Positions 27,169 to 35,942 of a stretch of 64,000 nt of DNA are shown one piece after another; the stretch's first letter is position 1; each line of letters begins with the position of its first letter. Source of the DNA: Candidatus Binatia bacterium (GTDB lineage: Bacteria; Desulfobacterota; Binatia; UBA9968; JAJDTQ01); NCBI GenBank assembly GCA_963666515.2, contig OY762897.2, forward strand, positions 192,001 through 256,000, read 5' to 3'. The notes below the pieces were generated by a model that searched no databases, was not told the DNA's origin, and worked only from the letters and a program-made list of their open reading frames with translations. A program made the translations under genes and the position numbers.

Positions 27169-28401
27169 ATGGCGGTGGACGTGATCATGCCGGCCATGGG
27201 CGCGACCCAGGAGACGGGCCGCCTGGTACGCTGGTTCAAGCGGGAAGGGGACTCCGTCACCAAGGGCGAGATGCTCATGGAGGTGGAGACGGACAAGTCC
27301 GTGGTGGAGGTGGAGGCGCCGGCTTCCGGAGTCCTGGCCCAGGTCACTGCCGCGCCGGATGACGAGATCCCCGTTGGACAAGTCATCGCGCTCATCGTGG
27401 AGCCGGGCGAGAGCGTGTCTCCGTCGGAGCAGTCTATCCCGTCCGCGCCGAAGGCACCGAAATCCCCCGACACGACCGTTGCCGGGCCCGTGCCGAGACC
27501 GCGGCGCAGGCATACGGCGCCACGGCGGAAGGCGGCGAAGTCACCGGTCGCCGCAACCGAGGTCCCCGCGGCAGGCCCTGACGCCGGCCGGCTTCTCGCG
27601 TCCCCCGCGGCCAAACGTCTGGCAAGGGAGAGGGGTGTGGATATCTCCGGGATGGCCGGCACCGGGCCGGAAGGCGCGGTGCTGGCGCGTGACGTAACAT
27701 CCATGGCTCCGAGCGCTTCCGCCGAAGCCGGTGTCCCGGTCCCTCTCACCCGCATGCGCCGCCTAATCGGCGAACGCATGACGTCGAGCAAGCGAACGGC
27801 ACCGCATTTCTACCTAAGCATGGAAGTGGACATGACCGGTGTCGAGGCCCGGCGTGACGCGATGAAGCAGCAGGAGGCCGGGCCGGTCCCGTCCTTCAAC
27901 GATTTCATCCTCGAGGCCGTGGCCCGGGCGCTGGCGGAATCACCGTCCATGAACGCATCCTGGACGGACGAGGGGATCGAGCAGCACGGCGAGGTGAACA
28001 TCGGCATGGCCGTTGCCGTGGACGACGGCCTCGTGGTCCCCGTCATCCGCAACGCCGACAAGCTCCCGCTGGAGGAGCTGGCGCTGCACAGCCGCGAGCT
28101 GGCGACCCGGGCTCAGAACCGCAGGCTGACGCCCGCCAACTACCAGGGCGGCACGTTCACGGTCTCCAACCTCGGCATGTTCGGCGTCGACAGCTTCACC
28201 GCCATCCTCAACCCGCCGCAATGCGGCATCCTGGCCGTGGGCCGCGTCGCGTCCCGGGTCGTCCCCCACGGCGACGCCATCGCCGTCCGCCCCATGATGA
28301 CCATGACCCTGTCCGCCGACCACCGCGTCGTGGACGGCGCCATCGGCGCCCGGTTCCTGCAGCGCGTCAAGCAGCACCTGGAAGAGATTCAGGGACGCTG
28401 A
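27169..28401 (+). CDS. 2-oxoacid dehydrogenase complex E2 (dihydrolipoamide acyltransferase)
   Basis: Lipoyl domain ETDKS, PSBD ASPAAKRLARERGVD, TVSNLG, catalytic DHRVVDG. Confidence 0.92.
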   Translation: MAVDVIMPAMGATQETGRLVRWFKREGDSVTKGEMLMEVETDKSVVEVEAPASGVLAQVTAAPDDEIPVGQVIALIVEPGESVSPSEQSIPSAPKAPKSPDTTVAGPVPRPRRRHTAPRRKAAKSPVAATEVPAAGPDAGRLLASPAAKRLARERGVDISGMAGTGPEGAVLARDVTSMAPSASAEAGVPVPLTRMRRLIGERMTSSKRTAPHFYLSMEVDMTGVEARRDAMKQQEAGPVPSFNDFILEAVARALAESPSMNASWTDEGIEQHGEVNIGMAVAVDDGLVVPVIRNADKLPLEELALHSRELATRAQNRRLTPANYQGGTFTVSNLGMFGVDSFTAILNPPQCGILAVGRVASRVVPHGDAIAVRPMMTMTLSADHRVVDGAIGARFLQRVKQHLEEIQGR

Positions 28402-28464
28402 CAGGGACGCTGACGAATACGGGAACGGCACGCCGCCCCGCAACCTCCATTCCAACCCGTATCC

Positions 28465-28594
28465 CGTCATTCCGGGCTTGAGCCAATCCAGGGGTGCCGC
28501 CCCCGCCTCTGGACCCCGGATCAAGCTTGCCCCGGGCTTGACCCGGGGTCCGGGGTGACGCTTTCCGTCATTCCGGGCTTGACCCGGAATCCAG
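28465..28594. repeat. Cluster of three CGTC-tagged REP-like palindromes, one with a nested insert
   Basis: CGTCATTCCGGGCTTGA(CCCGG)AATCCAG at 28465 and 28566; inverted copy 28509-28560. Confidence 0.85.
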
Positions 28595-28616
28595 GGGGGC
28601 GTTGGGGCAGTCCCCG

Positions 28617-29711
28617 TTACATCCCCGGCCAGCTCTCCATCGGGTCGGTGGAGCGCACCAGGTGCATGCCGGCGGAGGCGGCTTCGTCCAGGGTTTGCTC
28701 GGCGGATTCGGTGAAGTCGGCGGCGATGTCGCCGTTCTCGGTTCGCACCACTACAGACGACATGCAGTCGGTCATGATGTAGACTTTTTTCGCGAGCGAC
28801 GGGTCCTCGTGCCGGATTTCTTCCAGCAGGTCCTGCACCGTGCTCTTGACGCAGTGGCTGGCGGCCTGTCCGGCCACGATCAAGGCGTCCGCCTCCACAA
28901 GGGTCCTGTAGAACCGGGCGTTCCTCTCGGCGAGAATGCCGCCGTCCCAGGTGGTCAGGACCTCGGGACGCAGGACCGAGTAGTTCTCCGTCAGGCTGTG
29001 GGTCCCCTTGATCTCCTCCCAGGACTGTGACGCCCGGGTGAGGGAGTGCAGTGTCCTTGCCTCGTCCACCACGCCGGTGACGGTGTGGCCGGGGCTGCCC
29101 ACCAGACAGTGGGGCGGCCATAGGTAAAGCGTGTAGCGTCCGCCCGCCGCCAGCTCGCGGTTATAGAAGCGGCACTGCTCCACCAGCCAGTCGTAGCCTT
29201 TGTCCGTGACCCAGGACGTGAGGGCGGGGTTGGGGTTGACGTCCTCCTTGAGGACGTTGCCCAAGGGGTCGGTGTTGACCAGCCGCTTGGCGTCACGGCC
29301 GTCCACCGTGATGAGGGTGTGGGGCGAAAGCGGTTCCCCGTGGGAGTCCACCCAGAACCAGGGAAAGAAGATCTGGAAGTTGTTGTGGCTGTCCAGGGTG
29401 CAGCGGATGTGAGTGATCCGCGCTAAGTTGCGGTAGATGAACTCGGCGATGCGCCGGCTGTCCTTGACCGCGCCTTGCCCGCTACGGCCACCGACGTACA
29501 GCGTGCCCTCGGGATGGCAGAAGTCACGCTGCACGTCGATGAGGAGGAAATCGATTCGCCTCGAGTCGGCGGCGGCTGGCGCGATCGCGAATTCCCGCCG
29601 GAACCGGTTGGCTTCTTCAAAGATGGCAATGCGGTCCGGCGTATGGGAAAAGTCGCTGGCCCGGTCGGAGTCGTAGAAGGCGGGCGTTTCGTTGATCTCG
29701 GAGGATTTCAT
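28617..29711 (-). CDS. Long nicotinamidase/isochorismatase-like cysteine hydrolase
   Basis: LLIDVQRDFC, LDSH, WPPHC..GSPG, IKG, GQAASHCV (Asp-Lys-Cys triad plus metal ligands). Confidence 0.85.
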   Translation of the reverse strand: MKSSEINETPAFYDSDRASDFSHTPDRIAIFEEANRFRREFAIAPAAADSRRIDFLLIDVQRDFCHPEGTLYVGGRSGQGAVKDSRRIAEFIYRNLARITHIRCTLDSHNNFQIFFPWFWVDSHGEPLSPHTLITVDGRDAKRLVNTDPLGNVLKEDVNPNPALTSWVTDKGYDWLVEQCRFYNRELAAGGRYTLYLWPPHCLVGSPGHTVTGVVDEARTLHSLTRASQSWEEIKGTHSLTENYSVLRPEVLTTWDGGILAERNARFYRTLVEADALIVAGQAASHCVKSTVQDLLEEIRHEDPSLAKKVYIMTDCMSSVVVRTENGDIAADFTESAEQTLDEAASAGMHLVRSTDPMESWPGM

Positions 29712-29723
29712 GGTCGCTCCCGG

Positions 29724-29948
29724 CTACAGGAGCTTCACTAGCGCAGCCACCGCTCCGACTGCTACCACCATCATTGAGCCAAGTCGTATGGTGAGCCGCA
29801 GTTCCAGATCCTTCAGGTCCTGCTTGATGGTCGCTTCCAACTCCTTCAGGTCCCGCCTCAAGGCAAGTCCCACCTCCTTCATGTCTCGCTTCAAGGCCAG
29901 TTCCACCTCCTTTACGAAGGCGTGGGTGTCGAATGGAACGGTGCTCAC
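29724..29948 (-). CDS. DUF1640/CCDC90-like small coiled-coil membrane-anchored protein
   Basis: FDTHAFVK head, 11-residue repeats, LTIRLG plus TM tail. Confidence 0.75.
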   Translation of the reverse strand: MSTVPFDTHAFVKEVELALKRDMKEVGLALRRDLKELEATIKQDLKDLELRLTIRLGSMMVVAVGAVAALVKLL

Positions 29949-30035
29949 GATGAAATTCTATCTTGCTTGTGGGGCAAAGTCCATGCGTGTCGAGCCGGTT
30001 GCCTGCCAACAGGCCCGTGACATAAAAAGGGAGTC

Positions 30036-30893
30036 ATGCCCGCCCGCTGGTTCGAGCTTTCCGTCCAGGCCCAAGGCCCGGCGCAGGACACGATTTCCAG
30101 CTTCCTGGTGGAGCAGGGTTCGACCGGTGTCGTCTGCGGCGAGCGCTCCCTGCGGGCGTTCTTCCCGGAGACAGTAGACGATGCCGTCCTCAGATCCGCG
30201 GTCCGGCGCTATCTGCGCGGTCTCCGGGGCATTCTCCCGGACGGTTTCGTGGGCCGCACCCGCTGGCGGGTGATCGCGGAGCAGAACTGGCACGACGGCT
30301 GGCGCGAACACTTCAAGCCGCAACGGATCGGCAAACGGTTCCTGATAATGCCACCCTGGATTCGTCCGGAGGAAAAACGCCGGCACGTCATCTTCATTGA
30401 GCCGGCCATGGCCTTCGGCACCGGCACGCACGAGACCACCCGGTCTTGTCTCGAGTTCATCGACGAACTTTGTGCGGAGACCGTGCCCGCCAAGTCCTTG
30501 GACGTGGGCACGGGGTCGGGCGTCCTGGCCATCGGCATGGCCCGGCTCGGGGTGCGCGAGGTGCTGGCGTTGGACAACGACCCCGCGGCGCTGGAAGCGG
30601 CCGAGGCGAACCTCCGGCTCAACGGGGTGGACGGCGCGGTGACCCTCAGTGACACGAGCCTCGGCCGCGTGCGGCGCCGGTTCCCGCTGGTGGTAGCCAA
30701 CATCATCCTGGAGACCCTCGTGGAGTTGGCTGGCCCGCTGAAACGGTGTGTGGCTGCCAGCGGCTCGCTGATCCTGTCGGGGCTGCTTCATGACCACGTT
30801 CCGGTGGTGGTGAGGCATTTCCAGGATTTTCGATTGGCGCAACGCAAGGATCGCAAGGAGTGGAGCACGCTGCTGCTCCGCAAAGAATCATGA
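30036..30893 (+). CDS. prmA: Ribosomal protein L11 methyltransferase
   Basis: W..HFKP, EPAMAFGTGTHETT, DVGTGSGVL, VANI, LILSG. Confidence 0.93.
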   Translation: MPARWFELSVQAQGPAQDTISSFLVEQGSTGVVCGERSLRAFFPETVDDAVLRSAVRRYLRGLRGILPDGFVGRTRWRVIAEQNWHDGWREHFKPQRIGKRFLIMPPWIRPEEKRRHVIFIEPAMAFGTGTHETTRSCLEFIDELCAETVPAKSLDVGTGSGVLAIGMARLGVREVLALDNDPAALEAAEANLRLNGVDGAVTLSDTSLGRVRRRFPLVVANIILETLVELAGPLKRCVAASGSLILSGLLHDHVPVVVRHFQDFRLAQRKDRKEWSTLLLRKES

Positions 30894-31636
30894 GCCTCCC
30901 GCGCTTCCTCGTTTCGCCGGATGCGGTACGCGACGGCGCCGCTATTGTGGAAGGCTCCGAGCTTGCGCACATGCGCAAGGTGTTGCGCCTCCGCCCCGGC
31001 GCCAGGGTGCTGCTATGGGACGGCGAGGGGACCGAGCACGAGGCCTTGATCCGCGCCTATGAAGGTGGAGTTGCGGCCATGACCGTGATACGGTCCTATC
31101 GCCCCGAGCGGGAGTCGCCCCTGACCGTCACACTGGCCCAAGCCGTGGGCAAGGGCGACAAGATGGACTGGATCGTGGAGAAGTCCACGGAGCTGGGGGT
31201 GACGTGCGTGGCGCCGTTCTTCTCGTCGCATACCGTGCCCCGGTACGACGGCGGCAAGGGCGAGCGGCGACGCGAGCGCTGGGAGAAGATCGCAGCCGCC
31301 GCGGCGAGACAATCCGGTCGCACCCGGATCCCCGAGATCCGCGAACCGGACCGGTTCGACGCGGTGCTCGCCCGTGACTGGCAGTGCGACGCCAGGCTGT
31401 TGTTATGGGAAGGCCCGTCGGGCCGGGGGCTGGCGTCTCTGCGGGAAGAAACCGGCAGCCTGCGTTCGGTTCTGGTGATGGTAGGCCCGGAAGGCGGGTT
31501 CAGCGAGGAGGAGGCGTCGCGGGCCGCGGCCCACGGATTCCACACCGTCGGGCTCGGCAGGCGCATCCTGCGCACGGAGACCGCAGCCGTGGCCGCGGTC
31601 TGCGCCGTGCAGTTGCTGTGGGGCGACCTGGGGTGA
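30890..31636 (+). CDS. rsmE: 16S rRNA m3U1498 methyltransferase
   Basis: H..KVLRL, KSTELGV, AARQSGR, VGPEGGF, LGRRILRTETA. Confidence 0.95.
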   Translation: MSLPRFLVSPDAVRDGAAIVEGSELAHMRKVLRLRPGARVLLWDGEGTEHEALIRAYEGGVAAMTVIRSYRPERESPLTVTLAQAVGKGDKMDWIVEKSTELGVTCVAPFFSSHTVPRYDGGKGERRRERWEKIAAAAARQSGRTRIPEIREPDRFDAVLARDWQCDARLLLWEGPSGRGLASLREETGSLRSVLVMVGPEGGFSEEEASRAAAHGFHTVGLGRRILRTETAAVAAVCAVQLLWGDLG

Positions 31637-31676
31637 GGCGGGGCGGTAGGGCGTTATCAAGAGCAGGAGGTTCATC

Positions 31677-31871
31677 ATGGACAAGGATACCGAAGAGACC
31701 CTGAACCGGATGCTGCGGCGGGCTGGCCTGGAAATGGCCGAGAGCGATCGCGCGCGTTTCATCCCGATGCTGGAGACCTACATGGAGAGCCTGGACAAGC
31801 TCCACTCCATCAACCTCGCCGGCGAGCAGGTCGGCGGGGTCTTCCGGCCCGAGACGGACGAGGACCGGTAG
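31677..31871 (+). CDS. Small GatC-like helical protein
   Basis: 64 aa with SD AGGAGG; pattern LRRAGLEM...ILE.M..L..INL resembles GatC; directly precedes an amidase. Confidence 0.55.
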   Translation: MDKDTEETLNRMLRRAGLEMAESDRARFIPMLETYMESLDKLHSINLAGEQVGGVFRPETDEDR

Positions 31872-31900
31872 GGCGGTTCGGGGGACAGCGAGGAACGGAC

Positions 31901-33274
31901 ATGTCGGATTTGTGTTTTTCCAGCATCGACAGCATGGCGCCGCGCCTGCAAAAGGGCGAGGTCTCTCCGGTCGAGTTGACGCAAGCCTACCTCGACCGCA
32001 TCCACGCCCTTGACGGCGATCTGCACGCCTACGTGAACCTCATGGAGGAGAGCGCCCTGGATGAGGCCCGGGCCGCGGAGCAGGATATCCGGGACGGCCG
32101 CTACCGCGGGCCGCTGCACGGCATTCCGGTCGCCGTCAAGGACCAGTACGACGTCGAGGGCGCGCTCTCCATGGTGCGTATCCCGCAGCCCGCCGGACCG
32201 GGGGAGGACTGCGAGGCGGTTCGCCGCCTGCGTGGGGCCGGGGCGGTGATGCTGGGCAAGCTCAACATGAGCGGGCTTCCCGGCGGCCTCAAGGGCGCCC
32301 GCAACCCCTGGAACCTCGACCACGTGCCGGGGGGCTCCAGCACCGGCTCCGGCGCCGGCATCGCCGCCGGACTGTGCATGGGCTCCATGGGCGAGGACAC
32401 CGCGGGATCCATTCGGAACCCCGCTTCCTACTGCGGCATATCCGGGTTGAAGCCCACCTACGGGCGGATCAGCCGCGCCGGACTCGCGCCGTTGGGCTGG
32501 TCGCTGGACACTGCTGGGCCCATGACCCGGGTGGTGGAGGACCTCGCGCACATGCTCCAGGTGCTTGCCGGGTTCGATCCCAGGGACCCCACTTGCAGCC
32601 AGGTAGATGTCTCCGACTACAGCGCGGACCTGAAGGCCGGCGTATCCGGCATGGTCATCGGCGTGCCGCGGGACTACTTCAGCCTCATCGACACCGATCC
32701 CGAAGTGCTGGACCTGCTGGACCAGGCGCTGGGGGTGTTCGAGTCCCTGGGCGCCAAGGTCCGGGACGTGACGGTGCCGAGCATGGAGTACGCCACCATC
32801 GCCAACGGCCTTCTCTACTCCTGCGAGTTCTACAACATCTGCCGGGCCGACATGGACGCGGCCATGGCCGGGGAAGCCTCGGAGTCCCGCCGGGCGCGCC
32901 TGTTCATCGGCGCGGTGTCCACCAGCGGAGACTACATCCAGGCCCAGCGGATGCGGAGCCGCCTCAGGCGGGAGCTGAACGAGGTCTTTCGCGAGGTCCA
33001 CGCGCTGGCGCTTCCCACGAATCCCACGACCGCGCCGCTGGCCTCGGAGCTGGACGGCCTGGACGCGGTGAACAAGATGCTGCGCCCCGACTATCCCTCG
33101 CCGGCCAACCTCGCGGGCGTCCCGGCCCTGGCCATCCCGTCCGGCTTCAGTTCCAAGGGGCTGCCGGTGGGCATGCAGTTCTGGGGCAAGGCCTTTGCCG
33201 AGTCCACGCTGTTGCGGGTGGGCTATGCCTACCAGCAGCACGCCCGCTGGTTCGAGCGCCGGCCGCCGGTGTAG
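31901..33274 (+). CDS. Amidase signature family protein (GatA-like)
   Basis: GPLHGIPVAVKD, GGSSTGS, EDTAGSIRNPA (Lys-cisSer-Ser triad). Confidence 0.9.
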   Translation: MSDLCFSSIDSMAPRLQKGEVSPVELTQAYLDRIHALDGDLHAYVNLMEESALDEARAAEQDIRDGRYRGPLHGIPVAVKDQYDVEGALSMVRIPQPAGPGEDCEAVRRLRGAGAVMLGKLNMSGLPGGLKGARNPWNLDHVPGGSSTGSGAGIAAGLCMGSMGEDTAGSIRNPASYCGISGLKPTYGRISRAGLAPLGWSLDTAGPMTRVVEDLAHMLQVLAGFDPRDPTCSQVDVSDYSADLKAGVSGMVIGVPRDYFSLIDTDPEVLDLLDQALGVFESLGAKVRDVTVPSMEYATIANGLLYSCEFYNICRADMDAAMAGEASESRRARLFIGAVSTSGDYIQAQRMRSRLRRELNEVFREVHALALPTNPTTAPLASELDGLDAVNKMLRPDYPSPANLAGVPALAIPSGFSSKGLPVGMQFWGKAFAESTLLRVGYAYQQHARWFERRPPV

Positions 33275-33305
33275 GGACGGGGTCGCAAACGGCTGGAGTG
33301 CCGGT

Positions 33306-33331
33306 GTAGGGGTGGGTTTTCGAGCCCGCCC
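33306..33331 (+). repeat. GTAG-tagged REP-like palindrome
   Basis: GTAG-GGGTGGGTT-TTC-GAGCCCGCCC; similar to 51152. Confidence 0.55.
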
Positions 33332-33380
33332 GAGCCCGCCCACCGGCGGACCGGCGGCCGAAAGAGAAGGGGAATCCGCC

Positions 33381-34445
33381 ATGCTCACCATCGACGCCGA
33401 TGCCCACGTGCTGGAGAATCCGCATACCTGGGACTTCCTGGAGGAGTCGGAGGAGGGCTTCCGGCCCGAGGTCATCGTGTCGGAGCGGGGGTACACCAAG
33501 GCCGAGATGCGCGACAAGTGGGACCGGATGCCCAAGCGGGGGGCCGAGTACTGGTTCGTGGACGGCCGGCTGCAGCCCAAGAACCACAACGTCGGGCTGG
33601 ACACCACGCCGGAAACGCGGGAGATGCGCGACGTGGAGGCCCGGCTCCGGCACATGGACGAGCTGGAAGTAGACGTCCAGGTGCTCTACCCGACCCTGTT
33701 CCTGCGTCCCGTGACCATGAAGCCGGCGGTGGAGCTGGCACTCTGCAGGAGCTACAACCGCTGGCTGGCCGGGCTCTGCGAGGGCGCCAAGGGACGGTTG
33801 CGCTGGATCGCGCTGCTGCCGTTCCTGACCATGGAGAAGGCCCTTGCCGAGCTGTCCTGGGCCAGAGACGCCGGCGCCTGCGGCTTCATGATGCGCGGGC
33901 TCGAAGGCGAGAGGCAGCTTACCGACCCGTACTTCTTTCCTCTCTACGAGGAGGCCGCGAGGCTCGACATGCCGGCCTGTGTCCACTCGGGCATCGCGAG
34001 CTTCGCCTACCAGGACATGTTTCCGGCCACGGCCGGATTCCGCCGCTTCAAGCTGGCGGTGGTGGGGGACTTCCACTCTCTGATCATGGAGGGCATCCCG
34101 GCGAAGTTTCCGGGCCTCAAGTTCGGCTTCATCGAGGTGAGCGCCCAGTGGCTGCCGTACGTGATCCACGACCTCAAGCGGCTGTCCGAGCGGCAGGGGA
34201 TGGAGTTCCCGGAGGACATGCTGCGGGAGAACCGGGTGTGGGTGGCCTGCCAGACCGACGACGACCTCGCCACCATTCTCCGGTACGGCGGAGAGGACAA
34301 CCTCGTCATCGGCACGGACTACGGCCACGCGGACCGCTCCGCCGAGATCGAGGCCCTGCGCGTGCTCAGGAACAAGGGCGAGGTGGCGCCCCACGTCATC
34401 GACAAGATACTGGGGCAGAACGCCAAGAACCTGTACGGTCTTTAG
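33381..34445 (+). CDS. Amidohydrolase_2 family protein
   Basis: IDADAHVLE, YNRWLA, VHSG, FIEVS, IGTDYGHAD. Confidence 0.88.
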   Translation: MLTIDADAHVLENPHTWDFLEESEEGFRPEVIVSERGYTKAEMRDKWDRMPKRGAEYWFVDGRLQPKNHNVGLDTTPETREMRDVEARLRHMDELEVDVQVLYPTLFLRPVTMKPAVELALCRSYNRWLAGLCEGAKGRLRWIALLPFLTMEKALAELSWARDAGACGFMMRGLEGERQLTDPYFFPLYEEAARLDMPACVHSGIASFAYQDMFPATAGFRRFKLAVVGDFHSLIMEGIPAKFPGLKFGFIEVSAQWLPYVIHDLKRLSERQGMEFPEDMLRENRVWVACQTDDDLATILRYGGEDNLVIGTDYGHADRSAEIEALRVLRNKGEVAPHVIDKILGQNAKNLYGL

Positions 34446-34469
34446 ACGGCGTTACCGGAGGTACTCCAA

Positions 34470-35912
34470 ATGGTCGAGAAGGACCTGGCTACCCTGACCA
34501 TCAGCGAAGTCGCCCCGAAGATCCGCGACGGCGAGGTTTCGCCGGTGGAGTTGACGAAGCTCCACCTGGAGCGGATCGAAAGGCTCAATCCGCTGCTGAG
34601 CGCCTTTCTGACGCCCACTCCCGAGAGCGCCCTGGAAGAAGCGGCCGCAGCAGAGAAGGATATCCGCTCCGGCAACTACCGCGGGCCGCTTCACGGCATT
34701 CCCGTTTCCATCAAGGACAACCTCGCCACCCGCGGGGTGCGCACCACTGCTGGGGCCAAGGCGTTGTCGGACAATACGCCGGACTTCGACGCTACCGTGG
34801 TGACCCGGCTGCGGGAGGCCGGCGCCGTAAGCCTCGGCAAGACCAACATGCACGAGTGGGCCAAGGGCAGCCACGGCATCAACCCGTTCTACGGCACTCC
34901 CTGCAACCCCTGGGACCGCAACCGGATTCCGGGCGGCTCCAGCAGCGGCTCCGCGGTGGCGGTGGCCGCCGGCATGTGCATGGCCACCGTCGGCACCGAC
35001 GCCGCGGGCTCGGTCCGGAATCCCGCCTCGCTGTGCGGCATCGTCGGCCTCAAGCCCACCTACGGACGCATCAGCGTGTACGGCGGCGTGCCGGGGACCG
35101 GCGGCTACTCCACCAACCACTTCGGCCCGTTGACCCGCTCGGTGGCCGACTGCGCGGCGATGATGCAGGTCATCGCCGGACACGATCCCCAGGACCCGCT
35201 CAGCTCGCGCGAGCCGGTGCCGGACTACGCCGCCGCGCTGGGCTTGCCCGTGGAGGGAATGCGCGCGGGCATCGTCAAGGGATATTTCGAGAGGTTCGCT
35301 TCGAAGGAGGTCATGCAGGCCTTCTCCGGCGCCCTCGACCTTCTCCGTTCCCTGGGCATGACGGTGGAGGAGGTCACGGTTCCCCACATGGACCTGGTCC
35401 CCGCGGTGCAACTCTGCGCCAGCCGGGTCGAGAGCACCGCCGATGCCGAATACTACCTGCGGAACCACGCCCGGGACTACAGCCCGAGCATGTTGTCCAC
35501 GCAGATCCAGGCGCTGACGGTATCGGGAGGGATGTACAACCAGTCCCAGCGCATCCGCCGGCTCATCTGCGACGGTTTCGACAAGGCGCTGGAGCGGGTG
35601 GACGTCATCGTGTCGCCTACCGCGCCGGTGCCGGCGATAACCATCGACGAGTCCATGAGCAGCTACGTCACCGTGGACGGCCGCAAGCAGCCGCTCCAGG
35701 TTCGCGACGGGAATTACCTGACACTGTGCACCATCCCCCACAACGTCAGCGGGCTGCCGTCGCTGAGCATCAACTGCGGTTTCTCGGCGAACAGCGTGCC
35801 CATTGGAATGCAGATCGCGGGAGGCGCTTTTCGGGAGGATACCGTGCTCACGGTGGCCCATGCCTATGAACAGGCGTCGCCGTGGACGGGAAAGGCACCC
35901 GAGCTGCCGTAG
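34470..35912 (+). CDS. Amidase signature family protein
   Basis: IKDN, KTNMHEWA, GGSSSGS, TDAAGSVRNPA. Confidence 0.92.
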   Translation: MVEKDLATLTISEVAPKIRDGEVSPVELTKLHLERIERLNPLLSAFLTPTPESALEEAAAAEKDIRSGNYRGPLHGIPVSIKDNLATRGVRTTAGAKALSDNTPDFDATVVTRLREAGAVSLGKTNMHEWAKGSHGINPFYGTPCNPWDRNRIPGGSSSGSAVAVAAGMCMATVGTDAAGSVRNPASLCGIVGLKPTYGRISVYGGVPGTGGYSTNHFGPLTRSVADCAAMMQVIAGHDPQDPLSSREPVPDYAAALGLPVEGMRAGIVKGYFERFASKEVMQAFSGALDLLRSLGMTVEEVTVPHMDLVPAVQLCASRVESTADAEYYLRNHARDYSPSMLSTQIQALTVSGGMYNQSQRIRRLICDGFDKALERVDVIVSPTAPVPAITIDESMSSYVTVDGRKQPLQVRDGNYLTLCTIPHNVSGLPSLSINCGFSANSVPIGMQIAGGAFREDTVLTVAHAYEQASPWTGKAPELP

Positions 35913-35942
35913 CGGCCCGCGCCTGCACGAAAGGAGACGGAC

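Noticed and set aside
31677-35912. gatCAB tRNA amidotransferase
   Set aside because: No gatB; the amidases lack the GatA-specific DEFAMGS motif.
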